Counted from the first letter of the whole stretch, positions 1 through 12,605 are shown. The stretch is 63,211 nucleotides of DNA, filler included, from Phoronis australis (GCA_002633005.1; 8 parts of 8 records of this genome joined end to end with filler, not necessarily neighbours in it), one strand, 5' to 3'. The notes: generated from the sequence alone by a model not told the origin. Program-made: numbers and translations.

Positions 1-168
1 AATGTGATCAGAGTAATGTGATCAAAATAATGTGATCAGAGTAATGTGATCAGAATAATGTGATCAGAGTAATGTGATCAGAGTAATGTGATCAGAATAA
101 TGTGATCAGAATAATGTGATCAGAATAATGTGATCAGAATAATGTGATCAGAATAATGTGATCAGAGA
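1..168. repeat. 14-bp tandem minisatellite (AATGTGATCAGART) x12
   Basis: Directly visible 14-bp period; runs off the window start. Confidence 0.95.
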
Positions 169-283
169 TAACATAGAATTGCAGTGTTGTTACAAATACA
201 CATCAAAGTCTCAAAATTAATAACCAGTCATTATTCAGTTGATGAAATATGTGATTTGTGACATAAATCTTTGTGTCATACAG

Positions 284-433
284 ATATACTCATTCAACAA
301 ACAGTTCATGCCAAGTGACCATATTGTTCATGTGTGCTGGGCCTGTCAGCTAGGTAAAACAGAATGGAAACAATGGAAAAGGAAGTTTTTAGTTTTGCGA
401 GGACCTGATGTGTTGGTGTTTGATGCACCTCCA
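284..433 (+). CDS. SNTG1: Gamma-syntrophin-like internal exon (PH2 region)
   Basis: cag|...|gtaag, 150 bp, phase 0-0; IYSFNKQFMPSDHIVHVCWACQLGKTEWKQWKRKFLVLRGPDVLVFDAPP resembles the gamma-syntrophin N..F....IV..GW...FLALRG......APP segment. Confidence 0.8.
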
Positions 434-1539
434 GTAAGTACAAGTAATTTGTTACAGCTGATACATGTATTAAAAACTGACTTAGTGACTATGAGACTAT
501 TTTCAAGAGATACGTGAGTAAAACTTGAGGTGCACCTTAAGACCTGCTGCGGAATGGAAATCTGTATTTTCAGGCTTCTTTAAATCCCGCTGATATATGA
601 ATGGAGTATTGCCAGATTGTTTGCAAGAGATATTGAAGAAGTCAAATTAACTTTTAAGTAAAAACACCAGGTGCAGAATGAAAATATGTATTTTTAAGGT
701 CCTTTTCTTAAATTCTGCTGATGTATGAATGTGAACTTTTGAACATTCTGAGACAATTTGTCTGAGGTATTTGAGTAAAACATCCAATTTTCTTAAATAC
801 AAAATGCAGAATGGAAATCTGTATTTTTCAGACTTCCTCAAATTCTGAATGTCATGCAAATTAAACATAGTAGTTCTATTATTTATNTTATAATACCTTT
901 GAAATGAAGTTAGGGATTGAGTTTGTGTCAGTCTAGTTATCAACAGTTTCTGTCTGAAGGTTTTGCTTCTCTTGCTTTTGTACAATGTTGTGTAAAGTTT
1001 TATGGAACGTAGCAGTTCTTTCTCTTTAATCTTCACTTTCCTCCTGGATCTTTGCACGGATTTTTACAAACATTTTGTCAATTGTAAATGGTGTGTACAA
1101 CTAGATAGCTGCAGACTTTTGTTTCATCTAAACCTTTGTTCGACCTATGTAGTGGCACTTGGTATGACTGCTGTGTCTAGGGGGCATTTGTTTACAATGG
1201 ACAATATAAGGGCTGTGCACTACTCTAGTTTAGAGTTCTACTTTAATTGTAAACTGTCCATAATCTTACATTTTTGGAAGTTTTGGTGACTCATTCCCTT
1301 TTGGGATGGCTTCTTAAAAACCAAATGTCAAGAACCAAATTGCACACGCCACTATGTGTAAACTATGTTGTACTAAGGAACTTGAGTTCATTAAAACCTT
1401 TTTGGCAATATGTTTCAGAAGGTGCAGACATATATTGTCTGAATTGTTCAAATAAGTATTCTTGCATGGTCTTATCACTGTTATTGTTCTTTTTTTCTTT
1501 TACGTGTTGGATTAGTAAAGCATTGCTTGTTTGTTACAG

Positions 1540-1611
1540 GTTAAGACAAGAGATTGGGTACGATGTACAGATGTCTTTAAAATCTGTGAAGTAATGTTCC
1601 ATTCAGCAGAG
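1540..1611 (+). CDS. SNTG1: Gamma-syntrophin-like internal exon
   Basis: cag|...|gtaag, 72 bp, phase 0-0, in frame with 284-433; VKTRDWVRCTDVFKICEVMFHSAE resembles VTTWDW.RAEKTF..YEIM of gamma-syntrophin. Confidence 0.8.
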
Positions 1612-2616
1612 GTAAGTCAGCCCACACTTCCATTGTCAACTACAAGTTGCATCATTTTCATTGTATTTTTACCAAAATTAATCATTTGCCTCATTTTTGT
1701 ATGAGTGTTGATTCAGAGGAAAGGTTGAGTTGATCACGTTTTTGTTACCTCAGAGTGGTTTTAGAAAGTCTCATTTTTGTTGCTGTAATGGAGGTCTGTA
1801 AAGTGCCCCATTTGGCTGTGCAGTGTCAGGCCCCCCTTTAATCATGATCCTGGATCCAGGTCTGTTATATTGCAATCTTTTTTATCAGTTTGGTCCACTT
1901 AAATTGGCATGACGATTTTTAATACTTATTACTTGGTGAAATGAAATTTCTTTAAGTTTGTTGCTTTGTCATAAAATTTTGTTTTTTTAAATTTTTAGTT
2001 CATTTCTTTGTTCACACATTTTGAATCTCATTAACATGGAATTCACACACAACATGTATCTTGTGAATGGCTCATTATTGGTTGGCGGAACCATAGCTCC
2101 ATTGTCGCTGGAGGAATTTTTTTCTCTAAGACTTATCGTTCTTGTGTAATTCCAGACTTTCTGATGGCTGCTTTCTATTTACTTAAGTTTTTGTGCCGTA
2201 CCTTCGGCATTCCTTAAAATATGTCTGAAATTTGGTATGTGAATTGGTCGTTTAAAGTACTATTAGCACGTTGAAACCTGTTTCTTGATACGACTTACTG
2301 TTTTCGCAATACTCTAGATTTACCGCCTAGATGACTGCTCTTTTATTGTCTTATTTCTAGCTGCACTTTGTTAGCCTATCATATCCATGCTTGAGATCGA
2401 ACTTTGTGTCTAATCTGCATGAAATTTTCGTAGAGTTTATCTAGTCAATGACACAAGGAATGTTGTTTTTGAGCGAAATCTGATGCAAGATGGTCCTTTT
2501 TCAAATTTGTTGGTGATCCTTTGACTAAACCTTTTCAAGGCTATCTGTATTCTAGTGATAAGTTTCTTGCTGGAACTTATCTACTCAAGTTATTCTAGGT
2601 TTTCTACCTTCTCTTC

Positions 2617-2728
2617 TATTGACTGATTCCTCAGTGCACTTCTGGTGTGAGCGCTCTCTTTTATTGACTGATTCCTCAGTGCACTTCTGGTGTGAGCGCT
2701 CTCTTTTATTGACTGATTCCTCAGTGCA
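2617..2728. repeat. 45-bp tandem repeat, ~2.5 copies
   Basis: TATTGACTGATTCCTCAGTGCA recurs at 2617, 2662 and 2707. Confidence 0.9.
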
Positions 2729-2954
2729 ATTAAATGTTTCATCATTTGCTATACGTTGCTGTAATATAACTTGGGTTCGTGGTTGTTGAAGTTGTTTGTA
2801 TTGTCGTCGAACTCGTCTTTAAACTTTTCTGTTCGATTTCCCCAAGTGTCATTCTTCAGAGCCTTTTCATTTTAATGAGCGTTAAAAATCTTTCATGTGC
2901 CAGTATTAAACTATTGTCGCCAAATAGAGTTGCAAATAAATTTTTGATTCTGTA

Positions 2955-3123
2955 TTTTTATGCGCCCACATATTTATATGTGGACGCATTATGCCGTCAT
3001 CTCTGTCCGTCCGTCCGTCCGTCCGGGCGGCATCCGTCCGGCGTCCACTGCTCTATCTCCAGAACCCTTTGACATACGTTCATGAAATTTGGCACATATG
3101 TTCCATTCATGAATGGGACGGCA
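2955..3123 (+). mobile_element. Non-autonomous Helentron (HINE/DINE-1-like) 5' end, truncated by contig end
   Basis: T-run, subTIR ATGCGCCCAC with hairpin, (TCCG)n microsatellite; near-identical to 49671 onward and to the inverted copy ending at 54221. Confidence 0.8.
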
Positions 3124-3223
3124 NNNNNNNNNNNNNNNNNNNNNNNNNNNNNNNNNNNNNNNNNNNNTTAATTAATTAANNNNNNNNNNNNNNNNNNNNN
3201 NNNNNNNNNNNNNNNNNNNNNNN
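3124..3223. other. Artificial contig spacer
   Basis: N44-TTAATTAATTAA-N44, stop codons in all frames. Confidence 0.97.
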
Positions 3224-3399
3224 AAAACTGTTTTGGAACACATGTGTAGATTGATATAGGTCCGAGTTGACTTGAGTACGAAAATGAAATGACTTGTTCC
3301 ATAACCTATAGAATTATGCCCTCCCCCAGCACCAAGGTGAGAAAGTCTAAATTATAAAATTGCAATTCTTTCATCCTCTTCTTTACAATTCACAGTCGA

Positions 3400-3572
3400 T
3401 TATTCCAAAGTGGTTCTCATTCTTTCCCTTGCATACATTTATTCACTCACTAGTAACACCCCGCTCAGTCTGGGAGAAGTAAGAGACAGTTATGTTCAAT
3501 GCTCAACTGCATGCCAGTGAAAGCCAGAATTCGAACTTGAGTCTCACTAGCTCAAACCACTGAGCCACACTG
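3400..3572 (-). mobile_element. Degenerate tRNA-derived SINE
   Basis: Minus strand reads A-box-like TGGCTCAGTGG (3567-3557) then B-box-like AGTTCGAAT (~3537-3529); no cloverleaf; 3' limit approximate. Confidence 0.5.
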
Positions 3573-4805
3573 TCTACAAATAATCAGAGACCTAACACTT
3601 TTTGATTGATTTGCTATAATGCAAAAAAATCCCAGTTTTATCAATGAAACTGGTATCTATCCACGGCTGAAACACGATTCACCAATGGGGATATGGGCGC
3701 CTGGGACTGACTGGTAAAGCACCTACTTTTGAATTAAAAAAGACCAAGTTATAATTCGCGGTTGTAAGATACATATTGATAATATTCTTACCAATCACTA
3801 ACATCTAATCGCAAGTCCTGCGCACCTTCAGCCTGTTGACGTTCACAGGACGAACCCGCTGGGAGTGAGTCTTCGGCGACCAGAGAAAGGGCCGTGAAAG
3901 GGATCGAGGGAGAACGGCTCCACTACAGAAAAGCTATGGACACATATTGTTCCTCGGGGATCTGTCACCTCCACCTCCACGTCCGAAAGGTCGGAATCAT
4001 CCGAAAAGTCCACCTGTCCGTCCCTGTATCGTTCAAAGTATTCCTCATCTACGCTGCTGTACTCACTTGGACACACATTGCTTCCTTTGTGTTCCCCAAA
4101 ACCACGTCACAGATGTGTAACGAACGAAAATGGCGCCGTTTCTATTCTCCGTTACAACGATGGCGTTACAACNACACCAAGGCACTAAATATGTAAATAA
4201 CTTTGTATAGCGGGGTACAATTCAGCTAATGTTAAGAATATAGCAATGATAATTGTAAACTAGAATTTAGACCATATTGTTGTTCAGATTGGTTTGGACC
4301 TTGCAATTTCCTCTTTAAACTCTAACATCATGGAATCATTTGGAATGATCCCTATTCTACCGTAGACAAACTACATACAGTAATCATTGCCTTGACCTCA
4401 TGGGGCATGTCAATCAATTAGTGCTGTCTACACATCGCAGAACAATGCAATAAGACGTATCAAATTAATTGTTCACCTGTTAAGCACGAGAGCATGAGAT
4501 GAAAACAAGTTTAGTTCGCAATCTAATTCACATGCACGTAAAGAACCATTTTTCCAAAAGCTGCGGTATCATTAGAAATCGTGTTTGGCTACTCCGAGGT
4601 GAAGTCAGAGACGCAGTGCAAGGAACTATGTAAACATCAAGTTATATTTACCTGTTGATCTCTCCCGTATTTATGTCTCTATACCAGGGTCCATGGTCTA
4701 ATACCAGCTCGGCCTCGGCAATCGACATTGGAAAATTGACAATAGAAGTCTTTGAGTAAACGTTGACTATTTGTGTGCTAAAATCTTTCGGCTTGTTTGA
4801 TTAAT

Positions 4806-5054
4806 CATGCGCGCATTAAGCCTTTAATATGGAAGTGCTCGAATTTCTTACGATGTGGACCTTTTGCTGACAAAAAAGCAGGAGGACTAAAAAAAGAAAC
4901 GGGGTACCATCTTCACTGTGTGTCTGCGCCTTTTTAGTGAGCTTTTGTCTCGTAATCCCAGACTTTTTGTTTCTCTGAAGCGGACCTTAATTTGCCCACT
5001 TCGCCAAATGGGGGGGGGGTTCGTTCGAGTCCCCACCCCCTGGGTGCGCGCATG
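4806..5054. mobile_element. MITE with CATGCGCGCA TIRs and 5-bp TSD (TTAAT)
   Basis: TIRs at both ends; TTAAT at 4801-4805 and 5055-5059; related copies at 38705-38937 and ~23360-23420. Confidence 0.75.
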
Positions 5055-5127
5055 TTAATGTTCGTCTCTAAGTCTGTGTTTGGAGATGAGATCCTGGAAT
5101 CTGATTGGACTGTGTATAATGTGATAC

Positions 5128-5714
5128 CTCTTGCTGGTTCCCTAGGTGCCTAGCCATGCAGCACGCAGGTACATGTATCACGCAGTAGTACGCGCTTTAG
5201 CATTGGTTGATGTAACCTGGGTAGCCATTGGTTAGCTTTACAACAGCGTGAAAAAATGGCGGACAATGAACGATTTTTAGCCTTGTTATGCAAGTTGCGT
5301 TGCAGCAACTATTTCGTTTCTGCAGTGATATTTAATAGCCGCGTGCTTGAAGCACACACATGTACAATAAAGACACACAGTATCTGGCCGATTTAACCAG
5401 TGTGTTATTCATATTGTATGAATACAGGACAGTATCGTAAACAAAAGTCAGTAGAAAAATGCACTCTGGAAAGGCGCAACCACAATTTCTGGGATTTACA
5501 TTTCCTGAACTCAATTTTTGATCACCGATTTGTCCGTACAACAGGCCGTATTTACACTTCCATCAGTCATGCCACTTTGTTTGCGTAAAGCGCTACCTGT
5601 TGAGAATTCTACCAACCAAACGGAAACGCCGGTGGAAAAAATATTTCCCCTGGAAAATTAAATGATACCTACGTGCTGGCTACCACCTAGCGGCACGCAG
5701 GGAACCAGCGAGAG
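5128..5714. mobile_element. Unclassified MITE with 6-bp TSD (TGATAC)
   Basis: CTCTTGCTGGTTCCCT...AGGGAACCAGCGAGAG inverted ends of ~50 bp; TGATAC at 5122-5127 and 5715-5720. Confidence 0.75.
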
Positions 5715-5830
5715 TGATACCTTGGCAACTGCACCAAAATTTACTAACATGCGCATTTAGTTAATAACCTGTGGTCTTCTATATTGCACGTGCACTGGTG
5801 ATGCTTATCATCTATGTACAACCATTTTAG

Positions 5831-5965
5831 GAAGCCGACTTCATTGGAAAAACAGCTCTGCAGAAAATCAAGGCTGATGAACTGAATCGTCGTCTCGCTT
5901 ACATGACGGTAGACACAACGGATGTAGATTGTGAAGGAAATGAGACAATATGGTTCGAGGACAAG
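5831..5965 (+). CDS. DMGDH: Dimethylglycine dehydrogenase, penultimate exon
   Basis: tag|...|gtatgt, 135 bp, phase 0-0; [45 protein letters not shown] matches the DMGDH ADFIGK.AL...RRL......DVDPEGNESIW motif. Confidence 0.92.
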
Positions 5966-6559
5966 GTATGTGTCGTGTTTCAACTCAAAACCTTCATTTA
6001 CTCATGTTTTGGTCAACATGATCTCATTAAAATTTGAACTATGTTTTTGTGAGCTAAAACAGACCAAATTATCTATTTGTCACTTGTCCACGGGCATTAA
6101 TGGCATTATCATAATTGCCTGTTCTACTAGGAAACTTTGACAAATTTTTGTAGTTGAGCTGAAACAGCTGGTCTATAGCCGATCTTTTTTGAGTGAACGG
6201 AAACAAAATTTTGTAAATCCACGCAAAGCTTCGTGGCTGAGGTGAAACCTGCCAACTTGAAGCCAGAATAAACCTAGTTTGTGTTGGAGAAATTTGCTGC
6301 AAAAGCAATGAAAGATCTCCCGTCGGAAAATCTTTGGGGACAAATCCGAATTCTTAACACGACGATAAAATTTGTTTTTCCATCCAGAAATTCATAGTTA
6401 TCTCACAGATGTTGTCAGCAAACGTGACTTTTCTTCTTTCTCCGATTTCAATAAACGATCGAAGCATCGCTCCTTATATGTTGGCTTATGTTAGTGATGA
6501 ATTTGAACTGTGCTAAACTGTGGAAATAACAACAAAACAAAGTGCGGTTAGTGCGAGGA

Positions 6560-7740
6560 TAAAACAAGCTTTATTATTTACTGAGTAAGGTTTATGTTTG
6601 AGATGTGAACTTCTCTGACTTTATTGTTTCTGATGAGATGGCATGTTGTGGGAGTCTATTCCAGAACAAAATAATAGGTGAGAAGAAAGAGTAGTATGCA
6701 GTGCAAATGTATGTTTTCTCAACCGTGTAAGAGTGTCGTTAATTACTTGATCTAGAAATATGTAGCGGTGGAAGATTTGTGTGGAGCATGGCAACTAGAT
6801 CGTGTATGGTCTTGTGCATGAGGACCCGTCCCAAACGTCGTAACACCATTGAAGAGTCTATTAAATGCATGCCGTTACATGCTTGCAGCTCATTGTAATA
6901 TATTACTACAATATGTTATACACTGTAACACTCTTCAATAAGCCTACAATATCAGACGGCCTTTTTTGAGCAACGAGGACAAATGTGAAGTCGCGAGACC
7001 TAAGAGTTCTGGGATAACGACACTTTCATCTGAGGCTGCCATTTTGTAAATTCGGCGAGAAATACAGATTGCCGCTAGTCTCGAAGCTGAATATAAGCGA
7101 AAATCTTGGCAACAATAGTAAACATAGACTTGATCCTGGGGCGCACTGTAACATGCATGTAGGACTCGTTGAAGAGTGTTACGGTGTATAATGTATTATA
7201 GTAGTATATGTATATTACAGTGAGCTGTAAGCATGTAAGGGCTTGCATTTAACAGACTCTTGAATGGTGTTACGGCGTTTGGAACGGGAGAAATAAACAG
7301 TTTGTTTCGAGCACGTTTTCTTGAAGTGTGTTCCATTTGAGAGTGGTGAGCATAGAGGTAACAGAGGAGTATCTGGAGTGGTCATTAATTGGGACGAACC
7401 TGGCTGCTTTAAGCTGTATTCTTTCTATTTGTCAATACTGGAGCGTGCAGAGGGATACCAGACACTAGTGATGTGTAGGACAAGGATTTTGTTTCACAAG
7501 GTGCAAATATGAGGTCCCGTTTAATGAAAGCAAGAGTTCTGTTTGGCTAAGACTGAGGTACTTGTGTCTATGTGAGTGTTCCATGATAAATTATTGGTAA
7601 GAGTGACCCCAAGGTATGAGGCTTGATTTATACGTTTCAGTGGTGAGTTGTGACAACTGTAATTGTATATTATGGTGGAACGTTTTCTGTGGACACTTGA
7701 AATATTGCATGTGGAAACGATGCTTATGTCTTCCTCAGAC
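6560..7740 (-). mobile_element. Degenerate CR1/L2-group LINE, 3' part of ORF2, split by a MITE
   Basis: Minus-strand fragments YLGVTLTNNLSWNTHI, ERIQLKAARFV, SSVTSMLTTLKWNTL, LMHKTIHDLV, SFF...WNRLP, with frameshifts and stops. Confidence 0.8.
6825..7288. mobile_element. MITE with ~125-bp TIRs (CCC...GGG ends, EnSpm/CACTA-like) inserted in the LINE
   Basis: 6825-6948 is an imperfect reverse complement of 7158-7288; LINE homology resumes on both sides; no clean TSD. Confidence 0.8.
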
Positions 7741-8076
7741 TAATAGGTGGCGCTGCGGATATTGCAATGTAGACCTGACTGAGTGCCCTGTAAGCGCCCT
7801 CATCATGGTTCACAGCAGACATTTCTTGATGAATTAAAGTACATTCTCGTGCTCTCCTTTTGAAATCAGCTCATTTCAAATAAATGACAGTCACTTCCTT
7901 CCGTCAGTAATTGCATTACGCCTTATGGGGGGGGCTTTAATTGTAGGACGTATTGTTTTGTGTCACTTCGATCTTACTGCATAAACTTTTATGTCCAGCA
8001 ATGACGTTCAACATGACGTTGTGCGTCTTGTAAGTTTAAAAAGTCTAAAGAATCTTTATCGCGAATAATTTTACAG

Positions 8077-8274
8077 GTAGTGGGTAACACAACCTCGGGA
8101 GCGTATGGATATCAAATTAACAAGAGTGTGTGCTTCGGTTACTTGCCCATGGAACTACAAGCTCCTGGCACTCAAGTTCAGGTGGAAATAGTGGGAGAAC
8201 GTCACGTGGCCACCGTTTTGAAAGCACCACATGTAATGGTCGAATCCATGAGAAATACCAGGAATTTGAAATAA
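8077..8274 (+). CDS. DMGDH: Dimethylglycine dehydrogenase, terminal exon
   Basis: cag|GTA, in frame with 5831-5965; VVGNTTSGAYGYQINKSVCFGYLP...GTQVQVEIVG...* is the DMGDH C-terminal GcvT barrel. Confidence 0.92.
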   Translation, partial: VVGNTTSGAYGYQINKSVCFGYLPMELQAPGTQVQVEIVGERHVATVLKAPHVMVESMRNTRNLK

Positions 8275-8859
8275 CACTGAAGCGGAAGGAATGGTCGTGG
8301 ATGGGGACGAGTGAACACGTGCACACACCCTCCCAAAAAAATTTAAAAGCGCCTGGCTGACAGTGGCAACTTGCATACGACGACAGTCAGGAAAATGAGG
8401 GCACATCAAAACATTCCAGAGAGAAACATTAGACAACGTTGATCAAATTCCAGTACTCGACTTATTCTCTCCAAGAAGTACTCTCTGACAAGAGATAATC
8501 TGTCCTTCTATTTGCGTTTTTCAAATAATCTATCCCCCAAGTGGCAAAAATATTTTACGTCATTGCTACATTTACGTTGCTAGGCCTCTCCTAAAGTATA
8601 AAAAGTTGTTACATTTGATGTAATTGTTACAATTAATGTCGAATGCACATCCGAGAATTGTAAAATTGTTACATTTTACGGAAGCGACGTCATATTTCAT
8701 GAGTTTGCTTGCTATTTGTCACACTGAGAAAAACGTTGCTCGGATTGTTTGAACAAAATTCTCTCAAATGTGCTAGCTCGAATTTTTGTGTTCCTATAGG
8801 GCTTTTCACTGTTTTCTTAACAGGAATAGTATCTTTTTATAGTCAAAAAAATAATCAGC

Positions 8860-10002
8860 TTAGCAAATGTGATGCAATACAAAATAGGTATCAACGCTGT
8901 CTTCTCGGAGTCCACAATTTTGCGCCAAATGTAGCCGTTCAAGGCAGAATTGCCTGGCATGATTCTGCCTTGTGGAGGAATATTAAATGGTCAGACACTG
9001 GAATAGATTAGTCTCAATTGAGGACACCACAATTACTAAGATGATGTTTTCTTTTAGGCTGCAACAAAAATTGTCTTAAGAATTTAATAGTATTTTTATA
9101 CACTCTTGCAAGGTGAGTAGCATGCAATAGTCTGCAAAGGCAACTGGCTGACACTTGGTGAAACCAGATCCAAACACGCCCACATTGACAGGGCTAAATA
9201 CCTTCAAAAATGCTTTTGACATAGAACTGCCCATTAAGCTTCCACTTGACCGATCTTTACGATCATTTCTTATTCAAGTTCGCCAGAGTTCTTCCTCTTA
9301 GAGTAGGAACGGGACGCTTTATACGTTTATCCTTGGAGGAGAGACTGTGTGAGATACATGTATGTCACTCAAGACAAGTTAGAGATGAGCTTCATTTTTG
9401 TTTCACTGTTGACTTGTGTATATGACATTATTAGAGAAAAAATGTTTCATGGTTTTCACACTACATTTATCCTACTGTAGTCCACAAGTTATTTTTGAAC
9501 AATGAATTTTTATGTCTCATGTTTTCTAATGAAAGTACCGAACTTTCTTCAGCTAAATATCTCAGGGATGCTTTTTCAGTCCGGAATTAAATTGTATTCT
9601 ACTGTTTCGTAACTCTTCAGTGGCGGACTTAGAGTAGGGCCAAGGGGGCTATGGTCCCCTTAAATTTCTCCCAGATTACATTTGAAAGTTTTGGGGTGCA
9701 AATATCTGACGGCCAAATCCTGGCAAATTCCCTGATCTGGACCCCCTCGCATAAAACCCTGAATCCGCCCCCGCTCCTGTTGCTATTATTTGAGTGCCTT
9801 CCATGTTCTTGCATGTTTCTTTCGATGTTGTGATTAATTAATTATTCTTCAAATGCTACAGTAATGTATACAAACAGATTCTTCCATGTGCCTCCATGTT
9901 GTTATTAATTAATTTGTTTAAGTATTATAGTGTTGTAAGCCTCGTCAAGGCTGGGTGCTTTATAGGCACAATTCTTAAAATAATGATTCATTCATTCATT
10001 CA
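8860..10002 (+). mobile_element. Degenerate RTEX-like LINE 3' fragment
   Basis: IQNRYQRCLLGVHNFAPNVAVQG, LPLRVGTGRF, EERLC..C....DELHF zinc-knuckle remnant, and an (ATTC)n tail at 9986-10002. Confidence 0.75.
9618..9773. mobile_element. Short CAGTGGCGGA-type MITE inside the LINE tail
   Basis: CAGTGGCGGA...TCCGCCCCCG ends; flanks CTCTT/CTCCT form an imperfect 5-bp TSD. Confidence 0.65.
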
Positions 10003-11132
10003 GATGAAATAAGTTTCCAGGATCAGGTAACAAGTTTGTTATTGTGAAAGCGTTCTTCCAATCTTTTATTGGCGCTCACAGGTAGTAAACCAAATGTGTA
10101 TTCGGCATTACAACTAACACACTTCTCTCGGAAAGCAGAAAAAAACAAGAAAATCGTACTGTATTTTGGTTAATATTTGTGGTATTTCTTCGGGGAAAAC
10201 CGAACACAACATGTTTTGACGGAGAATTCAATGTCGGAAGCCACTTTGATAGCAAAATCACCCGTTTTATCCACGATAGCTTGATTTATTTCAGCCAGTG
10301 TTTTATTGCCTTGAAGTCATTATTAATGCGGTAAGTGCTCTGTTCCATTCAAAAGGAGCAAGATCAAAATTTCTGATACCGACTGGTTCTGTCTACCACC
10401 TTTGTTGTAAAAATCAATTGACGAACCACTTGTTCACCGCTGTGCAGGCCAAGTTTCTTATCAATCACGCCATTGGCGTGCTCACACGCGCACATACACA
10501 TGGTGACAATAGCAAAATACACCTGGTCCAGAGAAATAAATATTCCATAGGTATCCACCACTCCAAAATTTTCAATCTCTTGTGATTACAATATTCATTT
10601 CTCTACACCATCATTATCTATAATCTTCATTTTGGCAACTTCTAAATTTAGTTGATTTTATCCTTCTTTTGAATATCTGTAGTATTAAAGTACATAATTC
10701 AGACCTATCAGATTGCTCAAAATATATGTTTGGGCGTTATTTCAAATGGCTGATATGTTTTTGACATATACATTTCAATTAACATCATCCAATTAAAAGA
10801 TTGTACAGCGTTGCTAAACCAGTGCAGACGGAATAGATCCGCTGTCTCGTTGTAACACAAAGAGTAGTCAGCATTTGGAAAAACCAATCTTGTGAAGACA
10901 AACATTTGTATTGAAATTTCTGTAGAACCACATTAATTTGGTGTCCCAAAGTTGTTGGGTCAAGCGGTAGATTTTTAACGTGAGTACTTATGTTTAGAAC
11001 GTCATGTACATCCAACCTCCAGAAAAGTTCAATTTACCAACATTTCTTCTGTCACGTCGTGAAAATTGAGGCCTTAAATATACAGAGTTCACTTTGAAGT
11101 CATTCTTGATGAAGGTAGAAACAGATTTGCGT

Positions 11133-11470
11133 ATCACAGGCAACGCAAGCGTTGTTGTGATCTCCAATTATCGCAAGATGGGGCAACTTGATGAAACTAG
11201 TCTTTCTCATCAAAACTGATAGGTAAGCGAAATTACTAAGTAGCTCTTCTCTTTGAAAATTATATGACCTTTGCACCAAACGACCTTTTCCGGTGCAATA
11301 TGGAATATGATTATAAAACCAATCAAAATTTATTTACTGTCAAAAGTCATATGCTGAATTTAAAGACCGTACCTGCACCCAATTTGGAGTTATTAAGCCT
11401 CAAAGTTGGTCGGAAGAAGAATAAGAATAAGAAGAACTAGAAAGATTATTGTCATGGAGTGACAATAATG
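11133..11470 (-). mobile_element. Second HINE-like element (degenerate)
   Basis: Hairpin ATTATTGTCA-tggag-TGACAATAAT beside an (AAG/AAT) microsatellite at one end; CAACGC-aa-GCGTTG hairpin at the other. Confidence 0.45.
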
Positions 11471-11587
11471 GACTCTGTGCGTGAGTATTAAAGGAATTGT
11501 TATGGGAAGTCACTGACAGCAACCCCGTTTACCAAATTATGAAAAGAAATTCTTTAAAATTGTAGGAGTAATTACATGCTAATGTTT

Positions 11588-11687
11588 NNNNNNNNNNNNN
11601 NNNNNNNNNNNNNNNNNNNNNNNNNNNNNNNTTAATTAATTAANNNNNNNNNNNNNNNNNNNNNNNNNNNNNNNNNNNNNNNNNNNN
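11588..11687. other. Artificial contig spacer
   Basis: N44-TTAATTAATTAA-N44. Confidence 0.97.
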
Positions 11688-12201
11688 GGGGGCCCGCCCC
11701 CCCCCCCCCCCCCTCCTTGGCTGCCTCAAAAAAATAAAACAGTAAGAGTAGAGAAATGTTGAGTTTATTAATTAACCCCGGTAATTAAAATTATAAGGAT
11801 GAAAAAAGATTTAAATGTGTGCAGTTTGTCCAATTTCTTTGAAGTGTCAAATTCGGAACACGGCGCATTCGTAACGGAACTATGGCTAAGTATAGGCTCT
11901 CCCGCGATATCCCAGGCGACCGCCAGATCGTGAGTTCGAGTCTTAAGTTCTCGCAGTTTTTTCTGTTCGACACGTTCTCCGTTTTTTTTTTTGCCTCTTT
12001 TGTCTTCAGGAATCAAGGAAAATGCTTGATTTTTAGAGGTAAAAACAGAAAAATTTCTTGGGCGGGAGGGGGGCAAACCCCCCTACCGACCTCCACCCAC
12101 GTCGGTGCTATGCGCATCTACAATCGTGGTTCGGTTTGCGCAAATGCTTACAGCCGGACAAAAAGTTGGCCCCCCCTTGTGATATCCTAGATCCGCCACT
12201 G
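11688..12201. mobile_element. CAGTGGCGGATC-type MITE, left end lost in the gap
   Basis: Ends ...CTAGATCCGCCACTG at 12201; G/C-run subterminal motifs. Confidence 0.6.
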
Positions 12202-12274
12202 CTTAGTATCATGAAGTGTGAATATGGATTGTATAATCATGCTTCTGTGCACGCGACCACTAAATTAAAAACGC

Positions 12275-12290
12275 TTATCTTGTGCTGGTA
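12275..12290 (-). CDS. Secreted prepropeptide, putative last coding exon ((C)TSTR*)
   Basis: First good acceptor (tttttgttctacattag|) downstream of the 12537 donor; phase 2 completes TG|T = Cys. Inferred only. Confidence 0.45.
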
Positions 12291-12536
12291 CTAATGTAGA
12301 ACAAAAATTCAAAACAAAGGTGACTTCAAATTTAGAGACAGGATTTCGGACCTTGAGATGTTCTTGTACTTGAAAGATTGTGGATGTTCTCTTTGGTGTT
12401 CAGTGAAAAGGCGAGAGAAGTGATTTAATACGTTGTATTCAAAACGTTTGAAATATCAAGGACATGTATAAAAGCTCACTTTATTTCAGAAAAACAAGAG
12501 GTGACCCCTAAAATTTAAGACACCAACTTTGCTCAC

Positions 12537-12605
12537 CAGAAAGATTTGCTGCAGCGCGAAAACAGCCATTTCTTGCTCTCATCAATGCTTGACGTCTCTT
12601 CATCA
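12537..12605 (-). CDS. Secreted prepropeptide exon: (S)DEETSSIDESKKWLFSRCSKSF
   Basis: tttaattag|...|gtgagc, 69 bp, phase 2-2, compatible with the preceding exon. Confidence 0.7.

Noticed and set aside
1-168. 14-bp repeats as a CRISPR array or telomere
   Set aside because: Units are contiguous with no unique spacers, no cas genes, eukaryotic context; not a telomeric motif.
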